From Candidatus Micrarchaeota archaeon (GTDB lineage: Archaea > Micrarchaeota > Micrarchaeia > Anstonellales > Bilamarchaeaceae), in contig JAGMCT010000023.1 of NCBI GenBank assembly GCA_023129075.1, forward strand, positions 811-64,810: DNA of 64,000 nt, in the 5' to 3' direction. The notes under the pieces were generated by a model, which worked only from the letters and a program-made list of their open reading frames with translations, had not been told where the DNA came from and ran no database searches. A program made the translations under genes and the position numbers. Numbering within the stretch: the stretch's first letter is position 1; every line of letters starts with the position of its first letter. Shown here in pieces: positions 44,703-55,355 of this stretch.

Positions 44703-45485
44703 CTAGCCCCTGCCTGCCTCTTTCCAAAGCATATCAAAAAATTTCCTGTAGGAATTAGCAGGTATTGAATCCTCAATAAGAAAACCGTAGGGCTTTTCTG
44801 TATAAACTATGATTGCTACTTTGTTTCCACCTATTACTGTTTCCTGCAAGGGTTCAATCTCTTTTTTTGTGTATCTTACTTTGGTTAATGGTTTTTTATC
44901 CAGCTCTTTTCCCCAATACCTAAGAGAAGGTTGAAAAATAATCCTGGCTTTTGTTTTGTTTTTTATTCTTCTATTATGGAGGTGCCTCCAGAAATAATCT
45001 CCTAATCTCTCCTGCTGGGGCTTTGAGCCGCCATATGAATCATATTCTTCCGGAGAGTCCTGGACAAGGTAATTCAGCATCTCTTTGATCCCTCTTATCC
45101 CCCTGTAAATTGTTGCCTCTGGTTTCTTTCCTGCTGTATTCTGTCTTGCAAGAAGTTCGGGCAGTATTTCCTCAAATCTCTTTTTCTTATCTTCAATAAA
45201 ATCACTAATCGACCTAGGATTTATACATTGGTAACTTCTTTTCCTGCCTTCTAAGACATAGGTTACAAGACCTTTTTCACCAAGGGAATGCAGTGCCCTG
45301 TGAACTACTGCATTCTGCAAGTTAGATCTTTTAACAATAGGTCCTGCCGAGGAAGAACCCAGCTCCAGCAATGCTAAATATACCTTAATCTCAACCCCGG
45401 TAAGTCCTATATCTTCCAAAGCTGATGTATCCATAACCTTATTTATATTGTTCTTACATTTAAATGTTTCTATTTTTGTAGTCAC
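44703..45485 (-). CDS. TrmB-family transcriptional regulator
   Basis: N-terminal TrmB HTH GLTGVEIKVYLALLELGSSSAGPIVKRSNLQNAVVHRALHSLGEKGLV plus a C-terminal sensor-like domain. Confidence 0.65.
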   Translation of the reverse strand: MTTKIETFKCKNNINKVMDTSALEDIGLTGVEIKVYLALLELGSSSAGPIVKRSNLQNAVVHRALHSLGEKGLVTYVLEGRKRSYQCINPRSISDFIEDKKKRFEEILPELLARQNTAGKKPEATIYRGIRGIKEMLNYLVQDSPEEYDSYGGSKPQQERLGDYFWRHLHNRRIKNKTKARIIFQPSLRYWGKELDKKPLTKVRYTKKEIEPLQETVIGGNKVAIIVYTEKPYGFLIEDSIPANSYRKFFDMLWKEAGRG

Positions 45486-45545
45486 AATTGTGATTATAAA
45501 TATTAATATACTTGAACGACTCTTAATGTAGCAAGAGGTGGTAAA

Positions 45546-46400
45546 ATGTCAGAAATAAAATGGATGAAGGTAATATTGGCTGTGCTTATGATAGCCACAC
45601 TGGTCGTTGGAATCAGGGCATTCACATCAACTGAAACTGCCCAGCCTGAGGAATCTACATTAGAGAAAATAGAAAGAACAGGAAAGCTTACAGTTTGCTA
45701 TATTGAATGGCCCCCAACAGTTATCAAAGATCCCAAGACAGGTGAACTGTCCGGGCATTTTGTTGACATGGCTGTTTATATGGCCGGGGCAATGGATACC
45801 GAACTGGAATTCCAGGAATCAAGCTGGGGGACTTTCCCTGCGGACCTTAACAGCGGAAGGTGCGACCTGTCAATTGCAGGTACGTTCTCAACAATTCCGA
45901 GAGCTAAAGCTGTTGCATTCTCAACGCCAATAAGCTATATAGGAAACGGAGCTGTAATCAAAAAAGACTCGGAATTTGAAGGTTATTCTTCAGTAGATGA
46001 ATTTGACAAGGAAGGAATAACTATTGCAGTCCTTAACGGGGAGCAGGGACACGAATACGTTAAACAGAATTTCAAGAATGCTGAGATTAAGGTTCTCCAA
46101 GGGAGCGACCTGACCCTTCCATTGGTTGAAGTAGCTACAGGGAGGGCGGATATCGGACTGGCAGACTCAATTACCACAACAAGATTTGCAGAAAACCAGC
46201 CGGAAGTAGTGGACCTATTTGCTTCAAATCCTTATAATGTAAATCCAATAGCCTGGGCAGTAAGGTACGAGGACCAGGAATGGCTGCAATTCATCAACAC
46301 TGCTATTGACTACATGGACAGCACAGGAAAAACAAGGGAATTTGAAGAAAGATATGATGTGAAATGGCTGAGGCCGAAGAAGGAGTGGTCCGTGGAATAA
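45546..46400 (+). CDS. polar amino-acid ABC transporter substrate-binding protein (SBP family 3)
   Basis: N-terminal TM/signal anchor, then an SBP_bac_3-like fold (KLTVCYIEWPPT…DLSIAGTFSTIPRAKAVAFS…). Confidence 0.65.
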   Translation: MSEIKWMKVILAVLMIATLVVGIRAFTSTETAQPEESTLEKIERTGKLTVCYIEWPPTVIKDPKTGELSGHFVDMAVYMAGAMDTELEFQESSWGTFPADLNSGRCDLSIAGTFSTIPRAKAVAFSTPISYIGNGAVIKKDSEFEGYSSVDEFDKEGITIAVLNGEQGHEYVKQNFKNAEIKVLQGSDLTLPLVEVATGRADIGLADSITTTRFAENQPEVVDLFASNPYNVNPIAWAVRYEDQEWLQFINTAIDYMDSTGKTREFEERYDVKWLRPKKEWSVE

Positions 46401-46419
46401 TCTTCAGAGTGAGGTTAAC

Positions 46420-47094
46420 ATGAGCTACACGTGGAATTTCGGAGAAATCTGGAAATACAAAGAGGTCTTTCTTGAAGGTTCAGTTATTACAATGGAGTTG
46501 ACTGTATTAATTTGTTTTTTTGGAACTTTGTTGGGTTTAGGAATTGCTCTGTTAGAAAGAACTAACAACAGATGGATTAGAATTCCTTTAAGGTTATACA
46601 TCGATGTTACAAGAGCAGTTCCTGTTTTGGTTCTTTTAATATGGCTCTACTATTGTATTCCAATATTTACTGGTTTAGGACTGGATAGTTTTGCAACTGC
46701 ACTAATAGCACTTTCCATAAACATGTCTCCTTTTGCTTCGGAAATTATAAGGTCTGCTATTGAGTCAATACCTAAAGGGCAGTACGAATCCGGTCAGGTT
46801 CTTGGGTTTACCAAACTGCAAACAATGTTCAGAATTATTCTTCCCCAAGCAGTCAAACAAATGATACCAAACATGGTTAGTTTATACATAACTATGCTAA
46901 AATTTACTTCTTTGGCTTCAGTTATTGCAGTAAATGAACTGCTGCATGTTGGGAATACATTAATCAGTAATACTTACAGGCCTCTGGAGGTTTATACAAC
47001 CGTTGCTTTGGTTTATATTGCCCTGGTAATTCCCCTTACTTATTTATCCAAGAGATTGGAGAGGGGAGTATCAATAGGAAAGGTGGCAGTATGA
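46420..47094 (+). CDS. polar amino-acid ABC transporter permease
   Basis: 224-aa His/Glu/Gln/Arg-family permease with an EAA-like loop; overlaps the ATPase gene by 4 bp. Confidence 0.7.
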   Translation: MSYTWNFGEIWKYKEVFLEGSVITMELTVLICFFGTLLGLGIALLERTNNRWIRIPLRLYIDVTRAVPVLVLLIWLYYCIPIFTGLGLDSFATALIALSINMSPFASEIIRSAIESIPKGQYESGQVLGFTKLQTMFRIILPQAVKQMIPNMVSLYITMLKFTSLASVIAVNELLHVGNTLISNTYRPLEVYTTVALVYIALVIPLTYLSKRLERGVSIGKVAV

Positions 47095-47879
47095 AAAAGA
47101 AGAAAAATCAGGCAAAACTTTCAGTATCCCTGCTTGGAAAAACCAACGGGAAAAGGGAGGAGCCACCTCTCCTTGAAATTAAGGATTTGAGCAAGGATTA
47201 CTCGGATAAACCTGTCCTTAAAGACATATCATTTACTTTGAATGACAATGAGATATTGGGGGTTATCGGTCCGAGCGGTGCAGGAAAATCAACTTTGCTG
47301 AGATGCATAAGCAGGTTAGAGGATAGTACAAAAGGAAACATGTTTTTTGAGGGGGGCGAACATGGAGCAAACAGCGATATTGGAATCGTATTTCAGGATT
47401 TGCAGTTGTGGCCCCACAGAACAGTCCTGCAGAATATTATAGATACGTTGATACATGTTAAGAGGTATAAAAAAGAAAAGGCAATAGATATTGGGAAGGG
47501 CCTGCTCAGGCAGTTTGACCTGCAGGACAAAGAAAATGAATATCCCAAGGATCTATCCGGTGGAGAAAAACAAAGGGTTGCTATTGCAAGAGCATTAGCT
47601 ACAAATCCAAAGCTTCTTTTGCTGGATGAGATAACATCCTCGCTTGACCCCGAGTTAATTCATGAACTTTTGTACTATATAAGGTCCCTTTCAAAACAGG
47701 GAAAATCCATGGTGGTGGTGTCCCATCATATGGGATTCATCAGGCAGTTGGCAGACAGGGTGATTTTTTTGGAAAACGGAGCAATTATAGAAGAGAATAA
47801 CGCAGAAGAATTATTCAGGAACCCTAAGAATGAGAGAACAAAAAAATTCATAGAGAAAAATCTGGTAGGAATGTTGTAG
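47091..47879 (+). CDS. ABC transporter ATP-binding protein
   Basis: Walker A GPSGAGKST, signature LSGGEKQRVAIARAL, Walker B LLLLDE. Confidence 0.85.
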   Translation: MKKKKNQAKLSVSLLGKTNGKREEPPLLEIKDLSKDYSDKPVLKDISFTLNDNEILGVIGPSGAGKSTLLRCISRLEDSTKGNMFFEGGEHGANSDIGIVFQDLQLWPHRTVLQNIIDTLIHVKRYKKEKAIDIGKGLLRQFDLQDKENEYPKDLSGGEKQRVAIARALATNPKLLLLDEITSSLDPELIHELLYYIRSLSKQGKSMVVVSHHMGFIRQLADRVIFLENGAIIEENNAEELFRNPKNERTKKFIEKNLVGML

Positions 47880-47910
47880 ATATTTTGTTTAGTTCTTTCA
47901 TTGTTAAAAT

Positions 47911-48798
47911 TCACTCAAAACTTAAATATCTCTCACCCCTGTCTGGAAAAATAGTAACTATGTTTTTGTATTTTTGAGCTATTCTCCTTGCAGCCAGGAG
48001 GTTTGCTCCTGAGCTTATTCCAACCAAAACACCATATTCTTTTGCTAGTTTTTTGTGCATATTGACGGCATCTTCACTTTTTATCCGGAGTATCTCATCA
48101 ATCCAATGAAAATTATCCTTCACGAGTTTTGGGATGAATCCCTCTCCGATTCCTTGTATTTTGTGCAAACCTGGTTTTCCTCCGGACAATACCGCGGATT
48201 CAGCAGGTTCAACTCCAATTATTTTCACATCTGGATTAATTTTTTTTAATGCCTGTGCAACACCGATTAAGGTTCCGCCTGTTCCTATCCCTGCAACAAA
48301 AGCGTCAATCTTGCCATTTGTTTGTTCCAGGATTTCTCTGCCTAAACCTTCCCTGTTTGCTGCTATATTGTCTGGATTTTCAAATTGTTTAGGGAGCCAG
48401 AATCCTGGATGCTGTTCTGCAATTTTTTCGTATCTTTTTACGGCCCCTGCAATATCTTCTTTAGCAGGAGTAAAAATAAGTTCTGCTCCAAATGCTTTCA
48501 TCATTTTTTTTCTCTCAATACTCATTGACTCGGGCATTACTGCAGTGAATTTGTATCCCTTAATTGCAGAGATCATAGAAAGAGATATCCCGGTATTTCC
48601 GCTGGTTACTTCCAAGATTTTACTTCCTGGTTTCAATTCTCCTCTTTCTTCTGCTTTTCTCAGGATGTACCAGGCCATCCTGTCTTTTACGCTCCCGGTT
48701 GGATTTGTTGTTTCCAATTTTGCGTTTATTTTTCCTATTTTTATCATTGGCGTATTGCCTATCGTATCAAATATATTGGAGACACCGTAGGCCACCAA
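47911..48798 (-). CDS. cysK: cysteine synthase / O-acetylserine sulfhydrylase (PLP-dependent)
   Basis: PLP-lysine motif TGSVKDR, glycine-rich GIGTGGTLIG and SSGAN. Confidence 0.8.
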   Translation of the reverse strand: MVAYGVSNIFDTIGNTPMIKIGKINAKLETTNPTGSVKDRMAWYILRKAEERGELKPGSKILEVTSGNTGISLSMISAIKGYKFTAVMPESMSIERKKMMKAFGAELIFTPAKEDIAGAVKRYEKIAEQHPGFWLPKQFENPDNIAANREGLGREILEQTNGKIDAFVAGIGTGGTLIGVAQALKKINPDVKIIGVEPAESAVLSGGKPGLHKIQGIGEGFIPKLVKDNFHWIDEILRIKSEDAVNMHKKLAKEYGVLVGISSGANLLAARRIAQKYKNIVTIFPDRGERYLSFE

Positions 48799-49103
48799 CT
48801 ATCTTATTTTTACTTTCCATAGTTTTTCACCTCTTATATTTTTTTTATAACTCAAAAAAACAAAAATAAAAGAATGTTTTCAGAAATAAGAATCAGCAAC
48901 AACAAACAAGAGCTTGCACTAGAAATAATGTATTTGGTTTTACAGGTATTAGATTGAATTGCTCCATAGAACAATAAAGGAACATAAGCTGTATTTAAAC
49001 ATTTCGTTTACGGTGTTTTGTATTTTATCCCGAGCGAACGCACTCGGCATTCTACTGCCAGACCTAAATCAACCTTAAGTCTGGTATCAAAAAGAACATG
49101 GAA

Positions 49104-49856
49104 TCATAGGGTGGCATTTTCCCATACCTCTTCAAAAAATTCCTTATAATGTTCATAATTCTTTTTTGATTTTATTACAAACGCGGTGGGTTTTTCCCCC
49201 CACACCACAGTCATTATGTGGTTTTTGAAAATAAAAGTACCAATAGGAAGTTTCCGCTTCGTAAATCTCATCTTCATTCCTTTGTATTTGTGGGATTTGG
49301 TTATTACAGATTTGAAAGGTTTCTGGGAAATTAATCTGACTTCTATCCCTTTTTCAATTCTTTTCTTATGGTAGCTTAGGAAAAATCTTATAACACGTTT
49401 TTCCTTAAGGGTTTCTCCGAGCATAAAAACCTGGTATTCTTCTCCCTTATTCAAGGTATTCAAAATAAGGTTAAAGGCAGCTTTCAATCCATCAAATGAT
49501 TCATATACAGTTGCCTCCTGTTTTTCTTCAGTAAGTTTTCTTCTCTGTTCTATGTAGGGTATTATCTTTTCTTCCAGTTCTTTTCTTTGCTTTTCAATTT
49601 CTCTCTCCCTTTCATTAAGGATGTCTATCAGGTTCCTTGGGTCTGATGCCTGAAAATGCTTTACATTGTTCCTTATAACAAAACTCACAAGGCCTTTTTC
49701 CTTGAGTTTCTCCAGAATGGAATATATCTTGGAATCAGGCACTTTTGCGTTTTCAATAATAGGGCCGACAGTGCTGCTCTCCAATTCCAGGAGGGCAAAG
49801 TAAACCTTTAGCTCTGAATTTGTCAGTCCCAATCGGGTTAGTACTTCAAGGTCCAT
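49104..49856 (-). CDS. TrmB-family transcriptional regulator (second paralog)
   Basis: MDLEVLTRLGLTNSELKVYFALLELESSTVGPIIE…KLKEKGLV TrmB HTH; the upstream 27 codons of the ORF are probably not translated. Confidence 0.6.
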   Translation of the reverse strand: MDLEVLTRLGLTNSELKVYFALLELESSTVGPIIENAKVPDSKIYSILEKLKEKGLVSFVIRNNVKHFQASDPRNLIDILNEREREIEKQRKELEEKIIPYIEQRRKLTEEKQEATVYESFDGLKAAFNLILNTLNKGEEYQVFMLGETLKEKRVIRFFLSYHKKRIEKGIEVRLISQKPFKSVITKSHKYKGMKMRFTKRKLPIGTFIFKNHIMTVVWGEKPTAFVIKSKKNYEHYKEFFEEVWENATL

Positions 49857-49956
49857 AAGAATAATTAGAGGCTGCTTATTTATAAATATTTGCGTTTTAC
49901 CCCCACCAAGGGAGGGGGTTAGAATTATAAATAACAAATGTTGTTACTTGTAGTAG

Positions 49957-51558
49957 GTGATGGAAATGGATGGTTTTGAAGAACTGGAAGAACTAATAGA
50001 GAAGATGGAGGTTGGAAGTCTGGATACATGTAGGAACGTTTGTGTAGAAACCCTCCTGAGCCTTGGTATGAACAAGGAGCAGGTCTCAGTGTTAATTGAT
50101 GGGCGGCCTGCTGACCTACGAAGGCATCGTGCTTCTTTTCTTGATCTGGAGCCCCACAGGCAACAATTTAATCATGTTAATAAGTTACCCGATACAGAGT
50201 TGACAACCACATGCAGGAAGTTTTTCTGGCAACAATCTAATTATGTTAACAAGTTACCCAAATGGCTGAGGTATTCTATTTATGCAAAAAAGGCGTTTGC
50301 TTCCAGCCTTGCTTATAGGTGGCTAAACGAAGGAAAGCTGGAAAAGGTAAAAAGACTGCTTGAGTATGAAGATAGATTAGTTGGGATTGGTACAGCTATA
50401 GGGATTGAAGCCTATGGGCTGGATAGTCTCCAGGTAACCGAAAAAGAAAAAGCAAGAATCTGGATGCGATGCCGCTTGCTTCTGGGTGACGGGTGCAAAA
50501 TTGTTGTGACGGAGAAGGAGATTCTGTTTTTGATAGAAAGCCTAGAGGATTATAGGCATGCGATGGAGAATTATAATGCAAGAATGAAATACAACACAAA
50601 AGATGGGCCATCCCTCAGTTCTAAGGAGCTGCTTGCAGGAACTGCGACTCATGTGCTTAAAATAGCCGCAAAAAAAGGGACGGATATTTCCTCTGCTATA
50701 ACTATTCTTACAAATCTTTTAGAGTATATGTTGAAGTTAGAAAAAGAGTTAGCAAAAGAAGAACTCATTCTACCGCATCCATTTACTTTTTTCAAGGATG
50801 CAACTGAGGCGCTTGCACACCATTATGCAAATAAGGAAAAATGGAATAAGATAGAGGAATTAGTGGAACACCACGACCAATCTGTCAGATACTACACAGG
50901 CCATGCGTTTACAGTCAACTATTACCCCTCAAATGATAAACCATCCAATCCTTCTTTTAGTAAGATTCCGGAAACCGAGGAAGGAACGAGAATTAAAATA
51001 AAGGCTTTTCTGTCTTGTGCGAATAATGGTTGTTTTTATGGGGAAATTGAAAAAGTTGTCGAAATGGGGGAAAGGGCCCTTCCTTTTATCATAAGACTTT
51101 CCAAAAGCCGTTTTCCTGAAATCAGAAGTAATGCATTCGAGGTATTCAGAAGTGCTAGCAAAAAGGGAATGGACATCTCATCTGCTATCTATACTCTTGT
51201 AAGCGTCCTAGGAAAGGAAAGATCACATTGGCGGGAGACTGATTTTGCAGGTCTTGCGGTTGATGCGCTCAGGAACCTTGTTGAAAAACGCGACTCAGTT
51301 GAGAAATTAAGAGAAACTCAGAAAATAATCAAAAGTTGCTTCAGAAAATGGATGAGCAGTCAATCAGAAGGCATTTCCAATGAAAAAGTTCATGCACAGT
51401 TTGAGGTGTCAAAGCTTCTGTTGTTCATTTCAAACAAAGAGAAAGAGATTGCCAAAAATATGGGCGGGGAACTTCTACATAAAGAATCGGTTAAGCCACC
51501 GAAAAAGGAGAGTGGTAAAATAAAGGCTCCCGAAATCAAACAGAAAATAAAGAGGTGA
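49957..51558 (+). CDS. hypothetical protein (higher-GC gene)
   Basis: 533-aa clean ORF with no recognisable motifs; GC content visibly above the local background. Confidence 0.4.
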   Translation: MMEMDGFEELEELIEKMEVGSLDTCRNVCVETLLSLGMNKEQVSVLIDGRPADLRRHRASFLDLEPHRQQFNHVNKLPDTELTTTCRKFFWQQSNYVNKLPKWLRYSIYAKKAFASSLAYRWLNEGKLEKVKRLLEYEDRLVGIGTAIGIEAYGLDSLQVTEKEKARIWMRCRLLLGDGCKIVVTEKEILFLIESLEDYRHAMENYNARMKYNTKDGPSLSSKELLAGTATHVLKIAAKKGTDISSAITILTNLLEYMLKLEKELAKEELILPHPFTFFKDATEALAHHYANKEKWNKIEELVEHHDQSVRYYTGHAFTVNYYPSNDKPSNPSFSKIPETEEGTRIKIKAFLSCANNGCFYGEIEKVVEMGERALPFIIRLSKSRFPEIRSNAFEVFRSASKKGMDISSAIYTLVSVLGKERSHWRETDFAGLAVDALRNLVEKRDSVEKLRETQKIIKSCFRKWMSSQSEGISNEKVHAQFEVSKLLLFISNKEKEIAKNMGGELLHKESVKPPKKESGKIKAPEIKQKIKR

Positions 51559-51563
51559 TGTAA

Positions 51564-52520
51564 ATGACCAAACAGAAAATGAAAACAGTTGCATTTGAAC
51601 ATCAAGGAAAAAAGAAAAGATTGGGCGGATTTGGCAACATCAGAGGTTGTGATGGTTTCTCAGGCTTCCCTTCAATTTTACCGTTGCTGGACAGGTTCAA
51701 TAAAGCAAATGATACCCATGTCAGAATTCCGAAACTGGATGAGCTAAATTATATCCTTACTAAACAAAAAATAGGGGATAAAGAAAAAAGGCTTAATGTT
51801 GAGGAATTAATGAACAGGCTTTATTACTATGATTCATTTCCAGCGCAGGCAATGATTATATACAACAAATCTGGGAAGGCTTTTGGTTCAGAAGTGTATG
51901 TAGCTTCTGTAAATTATGTTGGAATCACTAAGGAACTGTGTGTGCCCACCGGGTGCTATAAAGGAGAAAAAGGAATAGCATTGGTAGTGCCTGATTTAAG
52001 TCCTGATGACTTTGTATCTGTTGGTAAAGGAAAATTTGAATCAACGTATCATGAGTATATAAAATATTTTAATTTTCCAACGGGAGATAGCGTTTACGAC
52101 TATGACTACGCCCGTAATTATATGTATTCTTTTCTGATAGATATCCCAGATAACAGATTTATCGTTATTCCGGACTTTCCTTCTAAAGATGGCTGGTATC
52201 TACCGCATGATGCAACCGGTATTCCTCATGGAAAACGGCTTGACAGTCCAATAGATAACCCAGAGGCCAGATATTTATTGAGAGGTAAATGTTGTCATAT
52301 TGCTCTCCTGAACTTCTTTCTCTCTATTGAAAGCGACAATCCTTTCATTGATATTTGGCACACAAAGAAAATAATAAAAAACAGGATTGGGGTGAATGCG
52401 CGAGGGATGGTAACGGATCCATTTAGTGTTGGGGTGGTCTTCCCAGAAGAGGAACTGGACAAGGTTGAAAAAGGGCATAGTAAGATGATGAATAATATAG
52501 AGGAATGGGAAGATTTCTAA
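51564..52520 (+). CDS. hypothetical protein
   Basis: 318-aa ORF 5 bp downstream of the previous gene, forming an operon pair; no recognisable motifs. Confidence 0.4.
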   Translation: MTKQKMKTVAFEHQGKKKRLGGFGNIRGCDGFSGFPSILPLLDRFNKANDTHVRIPKLDELNYILTKQKIGDKEKRLNVEELMNRLYYYDSFPAQAMIIYNKSGKAFGSEVYVASVNYVGITKELCVPTGCYKGEKGIALVVPDLSPDDFVSVGKGKFESTYHEYIKYFNFPTGDSVYDYDYARNYMYSFLIDIPDNRFIVIPDFPSKDGWYLPHDATGIPHGKRLDSPIDNPEARYLLRGKCCHIALLNFFLSIESDNPFIDIWHTKKIIKNRIGVNARGMVTDPFSVGVVFPEEELDKVEKGHSKMMNNIEEWEDF

Positions 52521-52844
52521 CGAGGAGAAATAGGATGTTGGATTTGATGGAATATATTTTGGAGGATTTAAACAGAAAATAAATAGGTTACAAAATCACT
52601 TCATCTCCATTTTCAAAAATTTAACATGGTTTTTCAAAAACCACCCTAAAAACACGAAAGGATTGTTTTTGATATTTCTCCCTGTTTTTTCTTTACAATC
52701 ATAATATTGAATGTTTACCCCCACAACATACACAAACCCTGTTATTTTTGCTAATGTGGAGGTATAATAATATTATTCAAAATTCGGGGGAGGGTCAGGA
52801 GGACCCTCAAACTGGGGAGGGGATGTCCCCCTCCGCGGGTCGGA

Positions 52845-53041
<197 letters not shown>

Positions 53042-53200
53042 GAGTTTGCGAGCAAGGGGCTTGAGTTGCAAAGCAACTTTGCGGGACAAGCGTTTTCCGA
53101 ATGGAAAACGATGTGCCATTTCCGAAAGGAAATGTGCATATCACCGAAAAGGTGATTCAACCGCCACCCCTGCGAGTCAGTGAGCAAGGGATTTGTTTTC
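53042..53200 (-). repeat. upstream array of four short hairpins plus a duplicated tRNA-5'-end segment
   Basis: On the tRNA strand, CCCTTGCTCACTGACTCGCAGGGGTGGCGG is duplicated. It is followed by hairpins TTGAATCACC-TTTTC-GGTGATA, CATTTCC-TTTC-GGAAATG, CGTTTTCC-ATTC-GGAAAACG and AGTTGC-TTT-GCAACT. The first hairpin shares its motif with the tRNA-Cys repeats. Confidence 0.6.
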
Positions 53201-53299
53201 AATTCATAATATGAAAAAACACAGCCCCTGCACAAGTAATTCAGAAGTCCCATTAGATTTATAAAGTAATTGTTTTAATAAAAAAACAGGTGATTATAC

Positions 53300-53536
53300 A
53301 TGGGTGTAAAACTCTCCAAACTTTATGGCATGGAAATGTTTACTGATGGCGGAAAATTCATTGGAACAGCTCAGGAATTCGTCATTAACACAGAAGCAGG
53401 AGAGGTTTCAAGGATTCTTCTTGAACAGCTTCCGGCATCAAAAGAAAAAACCAAACAGATTCTCAAGGAAAAAAGCTTGATGTATAAAAATGTAAAGTCT
53501 GTTGAGGATGTTATTGTAATAAAAAAGAGGGAGTAG
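53300..53536 (+). CDS. PRC-barrel domain protein
   Basis: 78 aa; GMEMFTDGGKFIGTAQEFVINTEAGEV fits the PRC-barrel small-protein pattern common in archaea. Confidence 0.5.
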   Translation: MGVKLSKLYGMEMFTDGGKFIGTAQEFVINTEAGEVSRILLEQLPASKEKTKQILKEKSLMYKNVKSVEDVIVIKKRE

Positions 53537-53567
53537 TCCTTCTAACTTCTAATTTTCAGGTGATGGT

Positions 53568-54128
53568 GTGAATTGGAAAGAAGCATTAAACAGATTAATG
53601 GAAGGAAACAAACGGTTTGTAGAAAATAAAAGAAATGAGTATGATTTCAAAACAACGAGAATGAAAACTCTGAATGGACAAAATCCATATGTAACTATTA
53701 TCGCATGCAGCGACTCCAGAGTTGTCCCGGAATATATATTTGATGTGGATATAGGAGAAATCTTCAAGATAGAAACCGCAGGAAATATAGTTGGGGAAAT
53801 TAGTCTGGGAAGTGTAGAATATGGTGTTGATCACCTGAAAACACCATTGCTTGTAATCCTCGGACACGAGAGGTGCGGGGCAGTTACCGCAACGTGTCAT
53901 GGAGGGGAAGCGCACGGGCACATAAAAAGTATTGTTGAAAAGATAAAGCCGGCTGCTGATAAAACAAACCAGAATATAGAGGAGGCTGTAAACGAAAATA
54001 TGAAACTGGTTGAACGAGATATTCTGGAAAGAAGCCTGATTGTAAAGAAACTTGTAGAAAAAGGAGAACTAAAAATATTGAGAATTAAATACCTGCTCAG
54101 CACAGGTGAAGTAAAAAGAATGGAGTAA
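53568..54128 (+). CDS. beta-class carbonic anhydrase
   Basis: Zinc-ligand motifs CSDSRV and HERCGAV; GTG start. Confidence 0.75.
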   Translation: MNWKEALNRLMEGNKRFVENKRNEYDFKTTRMKTLNGQNPYVTIIACSDSRVVPEYIFDVDIGEIFKIETAGNIVGEISLGSVEYGVDHLKTPLLVILGHERCGAVTATCHGGEAHGHIKSIVEKIKPAADKTNQNIEEAVNENMKLVERDILERSLIVKKLVEKGELKILRIKYLLSTGEVKRME

Positions 54129-54133
54129 ATAAA

Positions 54134-55324
54134 ATGGCTACTGAAAAGGAATACGGATTCAAAAAAACAGTAAAAAAACTCTCAAAATACAAGGGAAGCG
54201 GAACCCAACTCATATCAGTTTACGTACCTGCAGGATATCCAATACACGAAGTAACAGGAAAGCTAAGAGAGGAACTAAGCCAGTCATCAAACATAAAATC
54301 AAAACAAACAAAAACAAATGTCCAGGATGCGCTGGAGAAGATAATAAACTATCTGAAGATGTTCAGAAAAACCCCTGAAAACGGGCTTGCTGTATTCTGC
54401 GGAAACATATCGGATGACCCTTCCAAAAGCGATGTTCAGCTTTTTTCCCTGGAGCCTCTAGAGAGATTAAGCGCAAGCATCTACAGATGCGATTCAGAAT
54501 TCTTTCTTGAACCCCTTGAAAGGATGATGGAAAGCAAGGACTCTTATGGTATAGTTGTAATGGACGGCAGAGAAGCAACGCTAGCTATGTTGAAAGGAAC
54601 CCAGATGGACATAATAAAAACAATAATCTCACATGCGCATGCAAAGATAAAGGTGGGCGGACAGTCCGCAATGAGGTTCCAGAGATTGATTGAGGAAAGC
54701 AGAGAGATGTACTACAAAAAGATTGGGGAAGCCATAGACTCTATATTTCTTGGCAAGGTAAAAGGAATAATAATAGGAGGACCTGGACCATCAAAGGATT
54801 TCTTCATAAAAGCAAAAACCTTCAATTATCAATTGAATATATTGGGGGTTGTTAACACAGGATACAGTGATTCTTATGGAGTAAGGGAGGTAATGGCCAA
54901 GAGCGGAAATCTTATACAGCACCAGGAAGCGATAAAGGAAAGGGAGTTTGTGGAGAGATTCATAAAAAAAGTTGTAAAGGAAGGGCTTGCAACTTATGGA
55001 TTAAATGAAGTAATTCAAGCTGTGGAAAAAAAACAGGCTTCTATGATTCTTGTATCCGAAGACCTTGAACTCACAGTAACAGGATTTAAATGTCCAAAAT
55101 GTGAATTTTTTAAGGAAAATATAGGGAAAAAAATAGATGGTATGAACTGTCCTAAATGCAATGCCTCCATGATAGAAGAAGAGGAAATGCCTGTAGTAGA
55201 TTATATAATTGACCTGGCAATGGACAAAGGAATAGAGGTTGAAGTAATATCAACAAAAACAGTTGAAGGCGCCCAGTTTCTGAATGCCTTTGGTGGACTT
55301 GGAGCATTCTTAAGATATAAATAA
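54134..55324 (+). CDS. prf1: peptide chain release factor aRF1
   Basis: NIKS motif (SSNIKSK), GGQ motif (KVGGQSAMRF) and eRF1 domains 1-3; a CPKC…CPKC zinc-ribbon insertion in domain 3. Confidence 0.85.
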   Translation: MATEKEYGFKKTVKKLSKYKGSGTQLISVYVPAGYPIHEVTGKLREELSQSSNIKSKQTKTNVQDALEKIINYLKMFRKTPENGLAVFCGNISDDPSKSDVQLFSLEPLERLSASIYRCDSEFFLEPLERMMESKDSYGIVVMDGREATLAMLKGTQMDIIKTIISHAHAKIKVGGQSAMRFQRLIEESREMYYKKIGEAIDSIFLGKVKGIIIGGPGPSKDFFIKAKTFNYQLNILGVVNTGYSDSYGVREVMAKSGNLIQHQEAIKEREFVERFIKKVVKEGLATYGLNEVIQAVEKKQASMILVSEDLELTVTGFKCPKCEFFKENIGKKIDGMNCPKCNASMIEEEEMPVVDYIIDLAMDKGIEVEVISTKTVEGAQFLNAFGGLGAFLRYK

Positions 55325-55355
55325 TTCAAATAATCTGGTTCTGGATAGAAAACTA

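Noticed and set aside
48134-48790. 218-aa plus-strand ORF
   Set aside because: Antisense to cysteine synthase; Pro/Ser-rich low-complexity product.
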